A stretch of 64,000 bases of DNA from Flavobacteriales bacterium (GCA_046306055.1 JBKDXR010000058.1:110792-174791), one strand, 5' to 3'; counted from the stretch's first letter, positions 1 to 10,800 are shown. The notes: a model not told the origin generated them from the letters alone. Translations and numbers: made by a program.

Positions 1-602
1 AAGGGACTGCCCACCGAAACGCCTTCCGCGCCCCAGGCCAGCATTTGGTCCATCTCGGCCTTGTTGCCCACGCCACCGGCCGAGATCACCGGAATGGTGC
101 AATGTTGCTTCAGCAGGGCGATCAGGTCCTTGGGCGATAGGTTCCCGCGGTGCCCGCCTGCTTCGTTGTTCACGGCAATGACCGCATCGGCACCCAGCGC
201 CTCTACCTTCTGCGCAAAACGCAGGTCCGTGACATCGCAAAAGACCTTGATGCCCACCTTGTGCGCAGCGTTGATCGTCTCCTCCGGACTGCCCAGCGAG
301 GTGATGATGAAGTCGCAGCCCTCTTCGCACAGCATCTCCAGCTGCTTGGCGGCCTTCGGGTTGCTCTTGTTCACGATCAGGTTGAAGCCGTAAGCGCCTT
401 TGCCGAGATCGGCCTTGGCGGCCTTGAGCTCCTTGCAAGCGGCCCGCAGTTCCTCCAACGTGCGGTAGTTCAGCGCAGGAATGCAGCCCGCCACGCCGCA
501 GCGCATACCTTCCTTCACCATGGCCACATTGCTCACCAGGAACATCGGGGCCATGATCAAGGGGTGCTCCAGGTGGAGCAGGTCGGTAAGGCGGGTGCGC
601 AT
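1..602 (-). CDS. FMN-dependent nitronate monooxygenase / FabK-like oxidoreductase (NMO family), 5' part; C-terminus lies beyond the window start
   Basis: Minus-strand reading from the ATG at ~600-602 gives MRTRLTDLLHLEHPLIMAPMFLVSNVAMVKEGMRCGVAGCIPALNYRTLEELRAACKELKA..., and later ...AVNNEAGGHRGNLSPKDL (the E-x-GGH-x-G motif of NMO/FabK). The frame stays open to position 1, so it is absent from the complete-ORF track. ORF 150..620(+) is its antisense shadow. Confidence 0.7.
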   Translation of the reverse strand, partial: MRTRLTDLLHLEHPLIMAPMFLVSNVAMVKEGMRCGVAGCIPALNYRTLEELRAACKELKAAKADLGKGAYGFNLIVNKSNPKAAKQLEMLCEEGCDFIITSLGSPEETINAAHKVGIKVFCDVTDLRFAQKVEALGADAVIAVNNEAGGHRGNLSPKDLIALLKQHCTIPVISAGGVGNKAEMDQMLAWGAEGVSVGSP

Positions 603-795
603 GGGGCAGTGGTTCAGTAGGGCAGAGGTGATATACCGCGGATCACGGTGTTCTTCCTCACCGTCCGAAGGTAGGACCAGGGATCGGAGTTCGAGTTGGA
701 TCCTTGTCCGGTGACCGGGACCATGTTACGGACCACTGATGAACACAGGATCGTCCTGATATCACCTGCAACGAGGTCCGGGGACCAGTGTTCGC

Positions 796-1425
796 TCAGC
801 GCCCGAAATAGCGGTTCACGGCCTCCACGCGGTTCTGCACATGCAGCTTGCCGTACATGCGGTGGATGTGCTGCTTCACGGTGCCCACGGTCAGGCCCAG
901 CCGGTCGGCGATCTCCTTGTAGAGGAGGCCTTCGGCGAGCAGTTGGAGCACGGCATATTCGCGCTCGCTCAATGGGCTGGTGGGATCGGGGCGTTCGGGT
1001 GCGGGCCGGAAGTGGTTGATGACCCGGCGGGCGACGGCGGTGCTCATCGGCGCCCCGCCCTGCATCAGTTCGCGCACGGCCTCGATGATCTGGTCGGGCG
1101 TGCTGCTCTTCAGCAGGTAGCCATTGGCCCCGGCCTTCAGCGCCTCGAACACGCGGTGGTCATCATCGTGCATGGTGTACATCAGGAACTGCGTACCGGG
1201 CAGCTCATCGGCCACGGTGCGCACGCAGTCGATGCCGCTCATGCCGGGCATGCTGATGTCCATCACCACCACATGCGGCTGGTCGGCACGCAGGCCTTCC
1301 ACAGCCTCCTCGGCATTGCGGTAGGCGCGCACCAGCTCGAAGCCCGGCTCTGGGCTGAACAGGGTGATGAGCGCCTCTCGGATGAGGGCCTCATCCTCGA
1401 CCAGGCTGATGCGGATGTTCGGCAT
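796..1425 (-). CDS. Two-component response regulator, NarL/LuxR family (REC + HTH_LuxR)
   Basis: Inside ORF 796..1620. Starts MPNIRISLVEDEALIREAL...VVVMDISMPGMSGID (receiver domain) and ends ...LSEREYAVLQLLAEGLLYKEIADRLGLTVGTVKQHIHRMYGKL (LuxR-type HTH). Overlaps the upstream kinase by ~35 nt. Confidence 0.85.
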   Translation of the reverse strand: MPNIRISLVEDEALIREALITLFSPEPGFELVRAYRNAEEAVEGLRADQPHVVVMDISMPGMSGIDCVRTVADELPGTQFLMYTMHDDDHRVFEALKAGANGYLLKSSTPDQIIEAVRELMQGGAPMSTAVARRVINHFRPAPERPDPTSPLSEREYAVLQLLAEGLLYKEIADRLGLTVGTVKQHIHRMYGKLHVQNRVEAVNRYFGR

Positions 1426-3310
1426 GTGCGGTACGAAGGTCCGGCGGTGACGCGGGGCGTGCAATAGAACCTTTGTTAGGGGTGTGGAACGGCACGATGC
1501 AGCCGAACCGTGTGCCTTGGTCCACTGTGAAGTGGCAGGTACCGCCCAAGGCCTGCAAGCGCTGGCGCATGTTGCGCAGGCCGTTGCCACCGTCCACGTT
1601 GTCGGGGAACCCCACGCCATTGTCGTGCACCACCATGCTGAGGATGCCTTGGTCGCCGTCGGTGCGGTAGGTGATGGTGAGGTCCACTGCGGAGGCCTGG
1701 GCGTGCTTCACCACGTTGTGGAGCGCTTCCTTCAGCACCAGGAAGAGGTTGCGCCGCTGTTCCACGCTGAGCTGCACGATCGGCCATGTGGGGTCAGTGG
1801 TCACGAGCAAGGCCAGGTCGTTCTCTGCGCAATAGGTGCGGGCATAGCTGGTGGTGTAGACCACCCAATCCTCCAAGGTGGACTGGTCGTGGCCCATGGT
1901 CCAGATGATCTGGCGCATGCTGCCGATGAGCTCGCCTGCGCTGGCGGCCATGGACTGTAGCTGCTGCCGCTTTGCAGGGTCCTTCTCCACGCGTAGGGCC
2001 ATTTCGCTGCGGAGCTTCAATCCACTGAGGCCCGCACCCAGGTCGTCGTGCATGTCGCTGGCAATGCGCATGCGCTCGTGCAGGATGGCCTGTTCGCGTT
2101 CAAATTCCGCCTTGCGCCGCCGCCGGTCGATGATGGTCCACATGACCGAAGCACCGATCACCAGCACGCCCAGCAGTACGGCCAGCAGCAACTTGCGTTG
2201 GTTGGAAGCCTTCACCTCGGCAAGCACGCGCGCGTTCTCCGCCTGCTCGCGCTCGGCCACGTAGGCCAGGCTGTCCTGCAGGGCCTGCTGCCGATAACTG
2301 AAGGCGATCTGCGCACGCAACAGCTCTTCGCGCCCCTTCTCGTTGTGCAGGCTGTCCATCATGGTGGCGTACAGCTCGTGCATGGCCAGGGCCTTCCGGA
2401 GGTCGCCCTCCTGCTTGTAGAGGGTGTGCAGGCTCCCCGCAGCGTCGAACACTTCGGCGGCCATGGAGCTGGCTTGTGCCAATGCCAGGGATCGTTCGTT
2501 GAGCGCAATGGCTTCACGGCGCCGACCCTGCGCGGCGCGCAAGTGACCGATGCTGCGCAGGAGGATGGCCTGTTGCCGTTCGTCCATGATGCGTTCAGCG
2601 ATGCGCAGTGCGGATCCCAGCCGTTCCTCGGCCATCGCCAGCCGGCCCGCCGCACGGTCCAGGTTGCCCAGGTTGCCAAGCACCAGCGCTAGGCTGCGCT
2701 CATCGCCCGAGCGTTGGTGCAGCCGCTCCGCTTCCAGGAAGCGCGCGTAGGCGGCAGCCGTATCGCGCAGCTGCAACAAGGCGGTACCGCTGTTGAGCGC
2801 CGCGTTGCCCATGCAGGCCGTATCGCCCGCCAATGTACATGCCACCATGCTGCTGTCGCAGTGGCGCAGGGCCTTCGTGTGGTCGCCCAGATCGGTATGG
2901 ATGGCGCCGATGTTGGCGTGCGAGATGCCGATCCGCCGTTGATCGCCCATGCGTTTGAGCACCGCGATACTGCGTTGGTAGCGGTCCAACGCACCCGGCC
3001 GATCGCCCCGCAACTGCAGCGAGGCGCCCTGCGCGTTCCACCCGATGGCCTCGTGCTTCAGGTCCTGCTGGCGGCGCGCCAGTTCCACCAGCTGCTCGGC
3101 GAGCTGGTAGGCCGTGTCGGGCGCGTGGAACATGTAGTGGTCAAAGGCCAGGTAGTCCAAGGCCTGCATACGCTCCACTGCAGGCTGTGCCCCATCGCGC
3201 ACCACCGCCCACAACGAATCGGCGTTGACCTGCGCATGCACACACCCTACGGCGGTCGTGGTGAATAGGGCGGACAGCAATGCAGTGCGGAACATGCGCG
3301 GTGTGGTCAT
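1391..3310 (-). CDS. Sensor histidine kinase with periplasmic/N-terminal TPR repeats (HisKA_3 + HATPase_c)
   Basis: 639 aa. Signal peptide, multiple TPR-like repeats, one TM helix (LLLAVLLGVLVIGASVMW), then RIASDMHDDLGAGLSGL (His box, NarX/DegS type) and an HATPase region (HDNGVGF...GNGLRNMRQRL). Cognate to the adjacent LuxR regulator. Confidence 0.8.
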   Translation of the reverse strand: MTTPRMFRTALLSALFTTTAVGCVHAQVNADSLWAVVRDGAQPAVERMQALDYLAFDHYMFHAPDTAYQLAEQLVELARRQQDLKHEAIGWNAQGASLQLRGDRPGALDRYQRSIAVLKRMGDQRRIGISHANIGAIHTDLGDHTKALRHCDSSMVACTLAGDTACMGNAALNSGTALLQLRDTAAAYARFLEAERLHQRSGDERSLALVLGNLGNLDRAAGRLAMAEERLGSALRIAERIMDERQQAILLRSIGHLRAAQGRRREAIALNERSLALAQASSMAAEVFDAAGSLHTLYKQEGDLRKALAMHELYATMMDSLHNEKGREELLRAQIAFSYRQQALQDSLAYVAEREQAENARVLAEVKASNQRKLLLAVLLGVLVIGASVMWTIIDRRRRKAEFEREQAILHERMRIASDMHDDLGAGLSGLKLRSEMALRVEKDPAKRQQLQSMAASAGELIGSMRQIIWTMGHDQSTLEDWVVYTTSYARTYCAENDLALLVTTDPTWPIVQLSVEQRRNLFLVLKEALHNVVKHAQASAVDLTITYRTDGDQGILSMVVHDNGVGFPDNVDGGNGLRNMRQRLQALGGTCHFTVDQGTRFGCIVPFHTPNKGSIARPASPPDLRTAHAEHPHQPGRG

Positions 3311-3366
3311 GACGCATTGGCATCATGGGATCGCCAAACTACGGCGTGCCGCCTTCCCGGCCAAGC

Positions 3367-4998
3367 TCACCGCTTCTCCAGCTCCAGCACGATGGCCAGT
3401 GCGTTGCCGCCGCTGCTGCTCGCCCCGATGGTGGTGCCGTCCGTGAAGTGCACGTCGGTGGATAGCTCATCACCGAGCACCTCGCTGAGCTTGGCCGCGA
3501 GGCCCACGGCCTTGCTGGCAAGCAGGCGTTCATTCAGCTTCGGATAGTCGAAGGGCTGGTTGGTGACCAGCACGGCCATTACATCACGTTGTCCTTCATC
3601 ATCGGCCATCAGGCTGTGGTCGCTGGGGAAGATGCGGGTGCCGGTGATGCCACAGTAGGGCGAATGTTTCGGGGTGTAGGGGAAGAGCACATAGGTGCTT
3701 CCGTCGGCCTCCTGCCCGAACACATACGTATAGCACTCGGCGTTGTTGGTCACCTCGATCTTGAACTTCGCGCCTTTGGCGACCGTGGTGGTGCTCCGGA
3801 ACACATTGCCTCCGGTATTCCTCAAGGGAATGTTCTTCTTGGTGGCGTTGTCCACGAAGCCGAAGCGGATATCGAATCGGGTGGGTTTCACGTCCACGCC
3901 TTCACCCTGCGGATAAACGGCATAGGCCTCTTTGGCGAAATGGTCGAATACGGGGTAGGGTACCCAGGCCATGCCGTTCTTCCCCCATTCGGGACCCCAA
4001 CTGTTCATGATGAGGAAGCCGCCGGAATCGCCGAACTTGAAGTCATCATAGCCCACCACGCACATGGCATGTCCGCCGAAGCCCCGTTGGGCGTAGTCCT
4101 GTTCGTTGGGCAGCCAGGCATCGCGGCCTTCCATGGCCTGCATGAAGGAGCCGCCCACCATCATGCCAATGACGATGGGAGAGCCCTGGGCCAGGTGCTG
4201 TTTCATGGCCACCATATCGGTGCGCTGCTCGTTCGCCCCCAGCGTGAGGCGTTGGAATCCCTTGATGCGGTAGGGCAGGGCCTGCTTGCGTTCATCGGCA
4301 TTGGGCAGTTTGTCGCAGCGCTGGTCGGTGTAGGCGAATTGGCTGAAGGGGAGGGCGCCGCCTTTCAGCATCTGCTCCATGGCGCGATAGATGTAGGATC
4401 CCTGGCAGTCGCTGCCATCGATCTTGATCTGGTTGTACATGAAGGCCGGGCTGAAGGCGATCTTCTGCTTATGAATTACACCTTCTTGGAAATCAGCGAC
4501 TGAAGAGTCTCGTCCATCTATTGATTCGAAACTGCCTTCTTCAATAATGTCCATCGCCTTGTTGTAAACGATGGTGCGCGCTGCGTAAGCACTGGCCCAC
4601 GCCACGCAGCTTCCCTGCTGGCCCTGGTTGAGACGGGGCGGACAATACTGCTCCAATGTGATCCGCTCGGGCAGCGGGTTCTTCACGTTGTCCGCCAAGG
4701 GTTCGTATACCTCGGCCTGGTCGTAGAGCGCCGGGTCGAAGTTGGCGCCGGTGCTGAAGTTGGCCAGTTGGGAAAGCATATCCCCACCTCCGCTGTTGCG
4801 ACCCACGAAGAACCACCATAGCCCGCCAAGGACCAGCACCAGGAGCAGGAGCTTGGGCTTCTTGATGAGCAGGCCGATGATCATGGGCAACAGCCGTCCC
4901 AAGCCCCCACCCATGCTGCCACCTCCAGCGGAGCGACGTGGTGTGGGCGCACTACGCCGGCTTCCACCGGGCTCGTCGGGTACCATACGAATGGCCAT
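3367..4998 (-). CDS. Membrane-anchored papain-family (C1) cysteine peptidase with C-terminal beta-rich domain (DUF4384-like)
   Basis: N-terminal cytoplasmic Gly/Arg-rich tail plus a TM segment (LLPMIIGLLIKKPKLLLLVLVLGGLWWFFV). Catalytic motifs QGSCVAWASAY (Cys), GGHAMCVVGYDD (His), NSWGPEWGKNG (Asn-Ser-Trp). Confidence 0.7.
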   Translation of the reverse strand: MAIRMVPDEPGGSRRSAPTPRRSAGGGSMGGGLGRLLPMIIGLLIKKPKLLLLVLVLGGLWWFFVGRNSGGGDMLSQLANFSTGANFDPALYDQAEVYEPLADNVKNPLPERITLEQYCPPRLNQGQQGSCVAWASAYAARTIVYNKAMDIIEEGSFESIDGRDSSVADFQEGVIHKQKIAFSPAFMYNQIKIDGSDCQGSYIYRAMEQMLKGGALPFSQFAYTDQRCDKLPNADERKQALPYRIKGFQRLTLGANEQRTDMVAMKQHLAQGSPIVIGMMVGGSFMQAMEGRDAWLPNEQDYAQRGFGGHAMCVVGYDDFKFGDSGGFLIMNSWGPEWGKNGMAWVPYPVFDHFAKEAYAVYPQGEGVDVKPTRFDIRFGFVDNATKKNIPLRNTGGNVFRSTTTVAKGAKFKIEVTNNAECYTYVFGQEADGSTYVLFPYTPKHSPYCGITGTRIFPSDHSLMADDEGQRDVMAVLVTNQPFDYPKLNERLLASKAVGLAAKLSEVLGDELSTDVHFTDGTTIGASSSGGNALAIVLELEKR

Positions 4999-5043
4999 GT
5001 ACCGTTGTATTTGGGAAGGTTGTAGGTGAACGGTCCGTGCGTA

Positions 5044-5397
5044 TCAGCCCCGCGGCCTGAACGGTTCCTTGCCGGTGAGCAGGTCCCAGAAGAGCAGGAA
5101 GTCACTGGCAAGGCTATATGCCGGATATTGGAAGGTGGCGGGCTTGTTGCGTTCAAAGAAGTAATGTCCCACCCACGCGAAACCGTAGCCGGCCAATGGG
5201 ATCATCACCAACCAGAGCGCGTTCCGGGTGACCAGGGCCAGTGAGCACCACACCACGATAAGCCCCGTACCGATGAAATGGAGCACGCGACAGACCGGGT
5301 CCTGGTGCTCACTGAGGTAGTAGGGGTAGAACGTCCTCAACGATCGGAAGCGCTCGGGGGGACTGTCCGTTGTCATGGTCCGGGTGATGATGCGCAC
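5044..5397 (-). CDS. DUF962 (Mpo1/YGL010w-like) small membrane protein
   Basis: FYPYYLSEHQDPVCRVLHFIGTGLIVV...GHYFFERNKP pattern typical of DUF962. The true start may be the internal Met at residue 8. Confidence 0.55.
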   Translation of the reverse strand: MRIITRTMTTDSPPERFRSLRTFYPYYLSEHQDPVCRVLHFIGTGLIVVWCSLALVTRNALWLVMIPLAGYGFAWVGHYFFERNKPATFQYPAYSLASDFLLFWDLLTGKEPFRPRG

Positions 5398-5425
5398 CTA
5401 ATTTAGGCCAATAACCCACTGAGCC

Positions 5426-5782
5426 ATGAACCTCCTTCTCGCCCTTGTGACCGCATTGGTCCTGCCTCTGCAGGCCTTCACCGTTCCCGTGTTGCCGGAG
5501 GCCCCTGCCAATTCCGACATTGCGGTGGTACTTCATATCGAAGGCCTGGATGATGCCATGCTTGCCCGATTGGCCAAGCAGATCGGCCGTGATAAGAACA
5601 CCACCATCGAGTATTCCTGCGTGTCCTCTGGTGTGGTGGTACTGCGGTTCACGGACGCGCCGGTGAACGAGCGTGCCGATGTCATCACCATGGTCCGCAG
5701 GCAGCTTACGGCCGCGGGGATCGAGCAGGGCGTGGAGTTCCTGCACATTCATATCGAGGCCAAGGGTCCGGGCAAGTGTTGA
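5426..5782 (+). CDS. Hypothetical small secreted protein
   Basis: 118 aa, N-terminal signal peptide MNLLLALVTALVLPLQA. No recognisable domain. Confidence 0.45.
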   Translation: MNLLLALVTALVLPLQAFTVPVLPEAPANSDIAVVLHIEGLDDAMLARLAKQIGRDKNTTIEYSCVSSGVVVLRFTDAPVNERADVITMVRRQLTAAGIEQGVEFLHIHIEAKGPGKC

Positions 5783-5832
5783 CCGGAACGGGGCGTGCTG
5801 GGGCGTTCGCTCCCGATACCTTTGTGCTCCGC

Positions 5833-7419
5833 ATGCAGCCGCACTGTGTCCCTTACGCCGCCACGCACCGTTTCTCCCCGTTGGTGCTGGACTACCTGGC
5901 GGATGGTGAGCGTACACGGGAGTTCCACGCTGGCCGGCCCGATCTGGCCGGTCTGGTGAAAGCCGCTTCCCAGCGGCAGTTCGACCCGGCCGCTCGCGAG
6001 GCGCTTGTGCGCGTTCTGCGGTCCCAATATGATGGCCTTCCGGCGGAAACAGCGGTGGAGCAGAGCCTTCGAGATCTCGCCAGGCCGGATGCGTTAACGG
6101 TCACCACCGGCCACCAATTGGTGCTGTTCGGCGGACCGTTATATGTGCCGTTCAAGCTGCTCAATACCGTTCGCGTGGCACGTGAACTGCAGGCTGCCAC
6201 GGGCCGTCCGGTAGTTCCGGTGTTCTGGATGGCCACCGAGGACCACGACCGTGCCGAGGTCGATCATACCTACTTCAATGACCATATGCTGCAATGGCCC
6301 GGCCAGGCAGGTGGTGCGGTCGGTCGTATGCCCCTGCATGGCATAGGACCCGCGGTGGAGGAGGCCATTGCGCACCTTGGCGAAGGAGCGCATGCCCTTG
6401 AAATGGCTTCGCTTCTCCGGGAACACTACCGGCCCGAGCGGACCTTGGCAGAGGCCACACGCGGCTTTGTGCATGCGCTCTTCGGTCGCTTCGGCATCCT
6501 GGTCCTGGATGCGGATGCACCTGAGCTGAAGCGCTTGTTCGCACCGGTGGTGAAGGAGGAGTTGCTGAACCAGGTCGCGGAAAGAAGCGTCTCCTTTGCC
6601 AATGCCCGGTTATCGGAACAGTTCACCGTGCAGGCCCATGCCCGCGAGATCAACCTCTTCCACCTTCGGCCAGGTCATCGCTCACGCATCGTGCTGGATG
6701 GGGATGCCTTCCGTGTACTGGACGGCGGTCCTTCGTTCACCCTGGACGAACTGCTGGCCGAGGTGGACGCCCATCCCGAGCGCTTCTCTCCGAACGTGCT
6801 GCTCCGTCCGGTATACCAGGAGGTGGTACTGCCCAATGTGGCTTATGTGGGCGGAGGTGGTGAGCTGGCCTACTGGCTGCAACTGAAATGGATCTTCCAG
6901 GCGCTGCAGGTCCCCATGCCACGTGTGTTGCTGCGGACCAGTGCAGGATTCATCAGCACGAAGCGCTTGCACCAATGGCAGGCCTTGGGGCTGGCCACCG
7001 AGGACCTCTTTACTGATCAGTCACCCCTGATGGCCCGCGTGGCCACTGACCTTTCCACGTTCAGCACGGACCTGGCCGGTGAACGGGAGCGGTTGACCGC
7101 GTTTTATGATGGCCTGTTGGCCAAGGCCAGTGCGGCCGACCCGACCCTGCGAGGCGCCGTGGAAGCACGTCGGGCCAGTGCACTGAAAGGGGTGGACCGC
7201 CTTGAGCAAAGCATGGTGCGCGCCGCCAAGCGTCAGCAGGCAACGGCCATGGACCGGATGCGCAGCGCCCATGCAGAGCTGTTCCCCGGTGGCGGTCTGC
7301 AGGAACGTCGGGCCAATATCCTGCCCATGCTGGCCGCGCGTGGCGTTGGGTTCCTGGACGAGCTCTTGGAACGCCTCGATCCCTTGAGCCCCTGCTTCAC
7401 CCTCTTCGAGGAGGCCTGA
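5833..7419 (+). CDS. bshC: Bacillithiol biosynthesis cysteine-adding enzyme BshC (putative)
   Basis: 528 aa from the Met at residue 20 of ORF 5776..7419. N-terminal LVLDYL...; Rossmann-like TTGHQLVLFGGPLYVPFKLLNTV...WMATEDHD signature and a C-terminal coiled-coil, as in BshC (YllA family). Confidence 0.65.
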   Translation: MQPHCVPYAATHRFSPLVLDYLADGERTREFHAGRPDLAGLVKAASQRQFDPAAREALVRVLRSQYDGLPAETAVEQSLRDLARPDALTVTTGHQLVLFGGPLYVPFKLLNTVRVARELQAATGRPVVPVFWMATEDHDRAEVDHTYFNDHMLQWPGQAGGAVGRMPLHGIGPAVEEAIAHLGEGAHALEMASLLREHYRPERTLAEATRGFVHALFGRFGILVLDADAPELKRLFAPVVKEELLNQVAERSVSFANARLSEQFTVQAHAREINLFHLRPGHRSRIVLDGDAFRVLDGGPSFTLDELLAEVDAHPERFSPNVLLRPVYQEVVLPNVAYVGGGGELAYWLQLKWIFQALQVPMPRVLLRTSAGFISTKRLHQWQALGLATEDLFTDQSPLMARVATDLSTFSTDLAGERERLTAFYDGLLAKASAADPTLRGAVEARRASALKGVDRLEQSMVRAAKRQQATAMDRMRSAHAELFPGGGLQERRANILPMLAARGVGFLDELLERLDPLSPCFTLFEEA

Positions 7420-7452
7420 TCCGCTGTTCGTTCCCGCTCCCGACAGGGCTGC

Positions 7453-7460
7453 TACTTTTG
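7453..7460 (+). promoter_or_regulatory. Bacteroidota-type -7 promoter box TACTTTTG ~26 nt upstream of the guaA GTG start
   Basis: Matches TAnnTTTG. Supports the Bacteroidota assignment. Confidence 0.4.
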
Positions 7461-7485
7461 AGGCGTCATCGGATCATCTGTACCG

Positions 7486-9033
7486 GTGGCTACCCATCCC
7501 GTGGCCGGTTCCATCCTTATTCTCGATCATGGCTCCCAGTACACCCAGCTCATTGCCAGGCGTGTTCGTGAGCTGAACGTGTATTGCGAGATCCATCCCT
7601 TCAGCAAGGCCCAGCAGTTCGTTGGCGATCCCACCGTCAAGGGCGTCATCCTGAGCGGTAGTCCCAGCAGTGTGCACGATGTCAATGCGCCTGATACCGA
7701 CCTTACGGGTATCATGGGACGGGTGCCCGTGCTCGGTGTTTGCTACGGTGCCCAGCTCTTGGCCAAACGCGCCGGCGCTCCGGTTGAACGTTCCACGGTG
7801 CGGGAATACGGCCGCGCCCACCTCACCACCATTGGCGACAGCCACCTGTTCGACGGCATCCAGGCCGGCACACAGGTGTGGATGAGCCACGGCGACAGCA
7901 TCACCGCGCCCAGCGAGGCCATGGATGTGATCGCCAGTACCAAGGACGTGCCCGTGGCCGCCTACCGGCTGCGCGATCACATGACCTTTGCCGTACAGTT
8001 CCATCCCGAGGTCTACCACACCACGGACGGGCTGCAATTGCTGCACAACTTCGTGATCGGCATTTGTGGCTGTGAAGGTGACTGGACCCCGCACGCCTTC
8101 GTTGAGCACACCGTGGAGCGTCTGCAACAACAGCTCGGGCAGGACCAGGTGGTGCTGGCCTTGAGCGGGGGAGTGGATAGTTCCGTTGCCGCCCTGCTTC
8201 TGGACCGCGCGATCGGCGACCGTCTCCATTGCATCTTCGTGGACAACGGTCTGTTGCGCAAGGATGAGTACACCCGTGTGCTGGAGAGCTATCGCCACCT
8301 GGGCCTCAACATCACCGGGGTGGATGCCAAAGCGGAGTTCTATGCGGCCCTGACGGGATTGGAGGAGCCCGAGGCCAAGCGCAAGGCCATCGGCCGGACC
8401 TTCATCGAGGTGTTCGACCGGGAGGCGCACCGCATCAAGGACGTGAAGTGGCTGGGCCAGGGCACCATCTACCCCGATGTGATCGAGAGCGTGAGCGTGA
8501 ACGGCCCCAGCGTCACCATCAAAAGCCATCACAACGTAGGCGGGCTTCCGGACCGCATGAAGCTTCAAGTGGTTGAGCCTCTGCGCCTGCTCTTCAAGGA
8601 CGAAGTGCGACGGGTGGGCCGCGAGATGGGCCTCGATCCCAACATCCTGGGCCGTCACCCTTTCCCCGGACCGGGCCTGGCCATCCGTATCCTCGGTGAG
8701 ATCACCCAAGAAAAAGTGGCCCTGCTCCAGGAGGTGGATCACATCTTCATCCAAGGTCTCCGGGACGAAGGGCTCTACGACCAGGTCTGGCAGGCCGGCG
8801 CCATCCTGCTTCCCGTGCGCAGCGTGGGGGTCATGGGCGACGAACGGACCTACGAGAACGCCGTGGCCCTGCGTGCAGTGACCAGCACCGATGGCATGAC
8901 GGCCGACTGGTGTCACCTGCCGTACGAGTTCCTGGCACGGATCTCGAACAGCATCATCAACCGGGTGCGCGGCGTGAACCGAGTGGTGTACGATATCAGC
9001 TCCAAGCCCCCGGCCACCATCGAATGGGAATGA
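7486..9033 (+). CDS. guaA: GMP synthase (glutamine-hydrolysing)
   Basis: GTG start. GATase-1 domain ([30 protein letters not shown]), an ATP-PPase SGGVDSSV motif, and a C-terminal dimerisation domain ending ...PPATIEWE. Confidence 0.95.
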   Translation: MATHPVAGSILILDHGSQYTQLIARRVRELNVYCEIHPFSKAQQFVGDPTVKGVILSGSPSSVHDVNAPDTDLTGIMGRVPVLGVCYGAQLLAKRAGAPVERSTVREYGRAHLTTIGDSHLFDGIQAGTQVWMSHGDSITAPSEAMDVIASTKDVPVAAYRLRDHMTFAVQFHPEVYHTTDGLQLLHNFVIGICGCEGDWTPHAFVEHTVERLQQQLGQDQVVLALSGGVDSSVAALLLDRAIGDRLHCIFVDNGLLRKDEYTRVLESYRHLGLNITGVDAKAEFYAALTGLEEPEAKRKAIGRTFIEVFDREAHRIKDVKWLGQGTIYPDVIESVSVNGPSVTIKSHHNVGGLPDRMKLQVVEPLRLLFKDEVRRVGREMGLDPNILGRHPFPGPGLAIRILGEITQEKVALLQEVDHIFIQGLRDEGLYDQVWQAGAILLPVRSVGVMGDERTYENAVALRAVTSTDGMTADWCHLPYEFLARISNSIINRVRGVNRVVYDISSKPPATIEWE

Positions 9034-10799
9034 CCATCCGTTTTCCCTTGGTCCTGGCCCTGATGCTGTGGACCATGCTCTCCTTCGCACAGGGAACGCG
9101 CACCATCGACGGTCGCACCTACACGGTGCATCGTGTGGAGGCGGGCCAAACGCTTTACGCCATAGCACGTTCTTACGCTGTTCCGGTGGATGCGCTTCTG
9201 GCCGCCAATCCTACTGCAAGCGCCGGTCTGGCCATCGGGCAGGAACTACTTGTACCCAGGGATGCGGTGGTGAAGAAGGAGGTGAAGGCCGCGCCCACCA
9301 TGGCCAAGGACGGCGAACTGGTGCATACGGTGGCGAAGAAGGAGACCCTGTTCGGGATCGCCCGCAACTATGGTATGGACGTGAACGTGTTGTTGGAGCG
9401 CAACCCCGATGCCCAGGCCGGATTGCGTGAAGGAATGACCATTGTGGTGCCCGTGGCGGGCAAGGTGCAGGGTCAGCCTGATGTTGTTACCCGGCCCGCC
9501 GTGCCAGAGACCGTTGTGGAGCACACGGTGAAACAGGGCGAGACCCTGTACGCGCTGGGTCAATTGTATGGCGTGGCACCAGAGGCCATTCAGAAAGCGA
9601 ATGGTGGATTACCCGAAGGGTTGAAGGCGGGAGCCGCAGTGCGTATTCCGTTGCCCCCCGGCGCCAAGGCTCCGGAGGTGCCTGTGGCCACAGTGCCGAA
9701 AGCCAGCGATCGGGTCACGGTGGCCTATCTGCTTCCCTTTGCCTTGACGCGTAATGACAGCGTGCTGGCCGTGCCTTCCGATGAACCACGGTTCTATGAG
9801 GCCACGCGCATTGCCACGCAGTTCTGGGCCGGCGCACGTATCGCATTGGATTCCCTGCAACGCCTTGGCGTCAACGCCGAGGTGCGGGTGGTGGACATGG
9901 GTGACGATGCCCGCACATGGAACGCGGCCCTGAAAAAGCCTGAACTGAGCGGCGCTGACCTGTTCATCGGGCCCTTCCATCGGACGGCCATTGAACAGCT
10001 GGCCCGCACCACCAGTGTGCCCATCGTGTGCCCGGTCCCACAAAGCAACAAGGTGATCCTTGGTCACCCCACGGTGAGCAAGGTGACCCCCACCCGAAGC
10101 GATCTGGTCCGGCACAGTGGCCGATTCGTGGGAACGCGATTCGCTCGCGAGAACATCATCTTGTTGAGCCCCGACCTTTCAGCGGAGAAGGAGATGCAAG
10201 AGCAGATGGCCAGGGCCGTGCGCGATGCCCTCGCGGGTCAGTCGGCCCGGTTGCGGGACAGTGCCGTTGTGGCCAAGCCCGGTCGTCGTGAACTGGGTGA
10301 CCTGGTATCCAAGCTGGATGTTAATCGCCTGAACGTGCTGTTGGCCCCTGGTGAGGACGTGGAATACGTGACCACCCTGGTCAGCAAGCTGAAACCGCTG
10401 GCCACCAAGTACAAGATCATGCTCGTGGGGCTGGAGTCGTGGCAGACCATGGAGACCGTTGCCACCACCGACCTGGAACTGCTGGGCTTCCATTTCGCTG
10501 CGGCCTCTTTCGCCGATCCGGACGATGCCTCACTGCAGGCCTTCACACGCACCTTCCGCGAGCGCTATCACAATGATGTGGACGAGTATGCCCTGCTCGG
10601 GTTCGATGTGACCATGGCCTATGTGAAGGCACTGAGCGAAGTTGGTGCTGTTGGGCTCATGGAACGCATGAGCAATGCTGGAAAGACCCCGCTCCACATG
10701 GGCTTTCGCATGACGCGGACAGGCCCTGAGAACGGCTACCGGAACGAGTACGCCGTGATGTTGAAGCAGGAGGACCTGCGCCTCGTCAGGGCAAGGTAG
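9030..10799 (+). CDS. LysM-repeat protein fused to a periplasmic-binding-protein-like domain
   Basis: ATG overlaps the guaA stop (ATGA). Signal peptide [21 protein letters not shown]. Three LysM repeats ([18 protein letters not shown]..., [20 protein letters not shown]..., [19 protein letters not shown]...), followed by a type-I PBP-like region. Confidence 0.8.
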   Translation: MTIRFPLVLALMLWTMLSFAQGTRTIDGRTYTVHRVEAGQTLYAIARSYAVPVDALLAANPTASAGLAIGQELLVPRDAVVKKEVKAAPTMAKDGELVHTVAKKETLFGIARNYGMDVNVLLERNPDAQAGLREGMTIVVPVAGKVQGQPDVVTRPAVPETVVEHTVKQGETLYALGQLYGVAPEAIQKANGGLPEGLKAGAAVRIPLPPGAKAPEVPVATVPKASDRVTVAYLLPFALTRNDSVLAVPSDEPRFYEATRIATQFWAGARIALDSLQRLGVNAEVRVVDMGDDARTWNAALKKPELSGADLFIGPFHRTAIEQLARTTSVPIVCPVPQSNKVILGHPTVSKVTPTRSDLVRHSGRFVGTRFARENIILLSPDLSAEKEMQEQMARAVRDALAGQSARLRDSAVVAKPGRRELGDLVSKLDVNRLNVLLAPGEDVEYVTTLVSKLKPLATKYKIMLVGLESWQTMETVATTDLELLGFHFAAASFADPDDASLQAFTRTFRERYHNDVDEYALLGFDVTMAYVKALSEVGAVGLMERMSNAGKTPLHMGFRMTRTGPENGYRNEYAVMLKQEDLRLVRAR

Positions 10800-10800
10800 T

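Noticed and set aside
150-620. ORF 150..620(+) and other ORFs in 61..1019.
   Set aside because: They are antisense shadows of the NMO-like gene (minus strand, start ~602) and of the response-regulator region. The NMO reading frame is confirmed by the E-x-GGH-x-G motif.
7474-9168. Long minus-strand ORF (564 aa) antisense to guaA. Similar long antisense ORFs overlap other genes: 16130..17905 opposite rny; 24595..26244 opposite the 491-aa gene; 46325..47644 opposite accC; 37259..38185 opposite bla; 39241..40620 opposite the BNR gene; 48870..49949 opposite hbd; 57932..59092 opposite the TolB-like gene.
   Set aside because: These are typical shadow ORFs of a high-GC genome. They have H/R/G/V/A/L-rich low-complexity translations with no motifs, whereas the opposite strand carries unmistakable family signatures.
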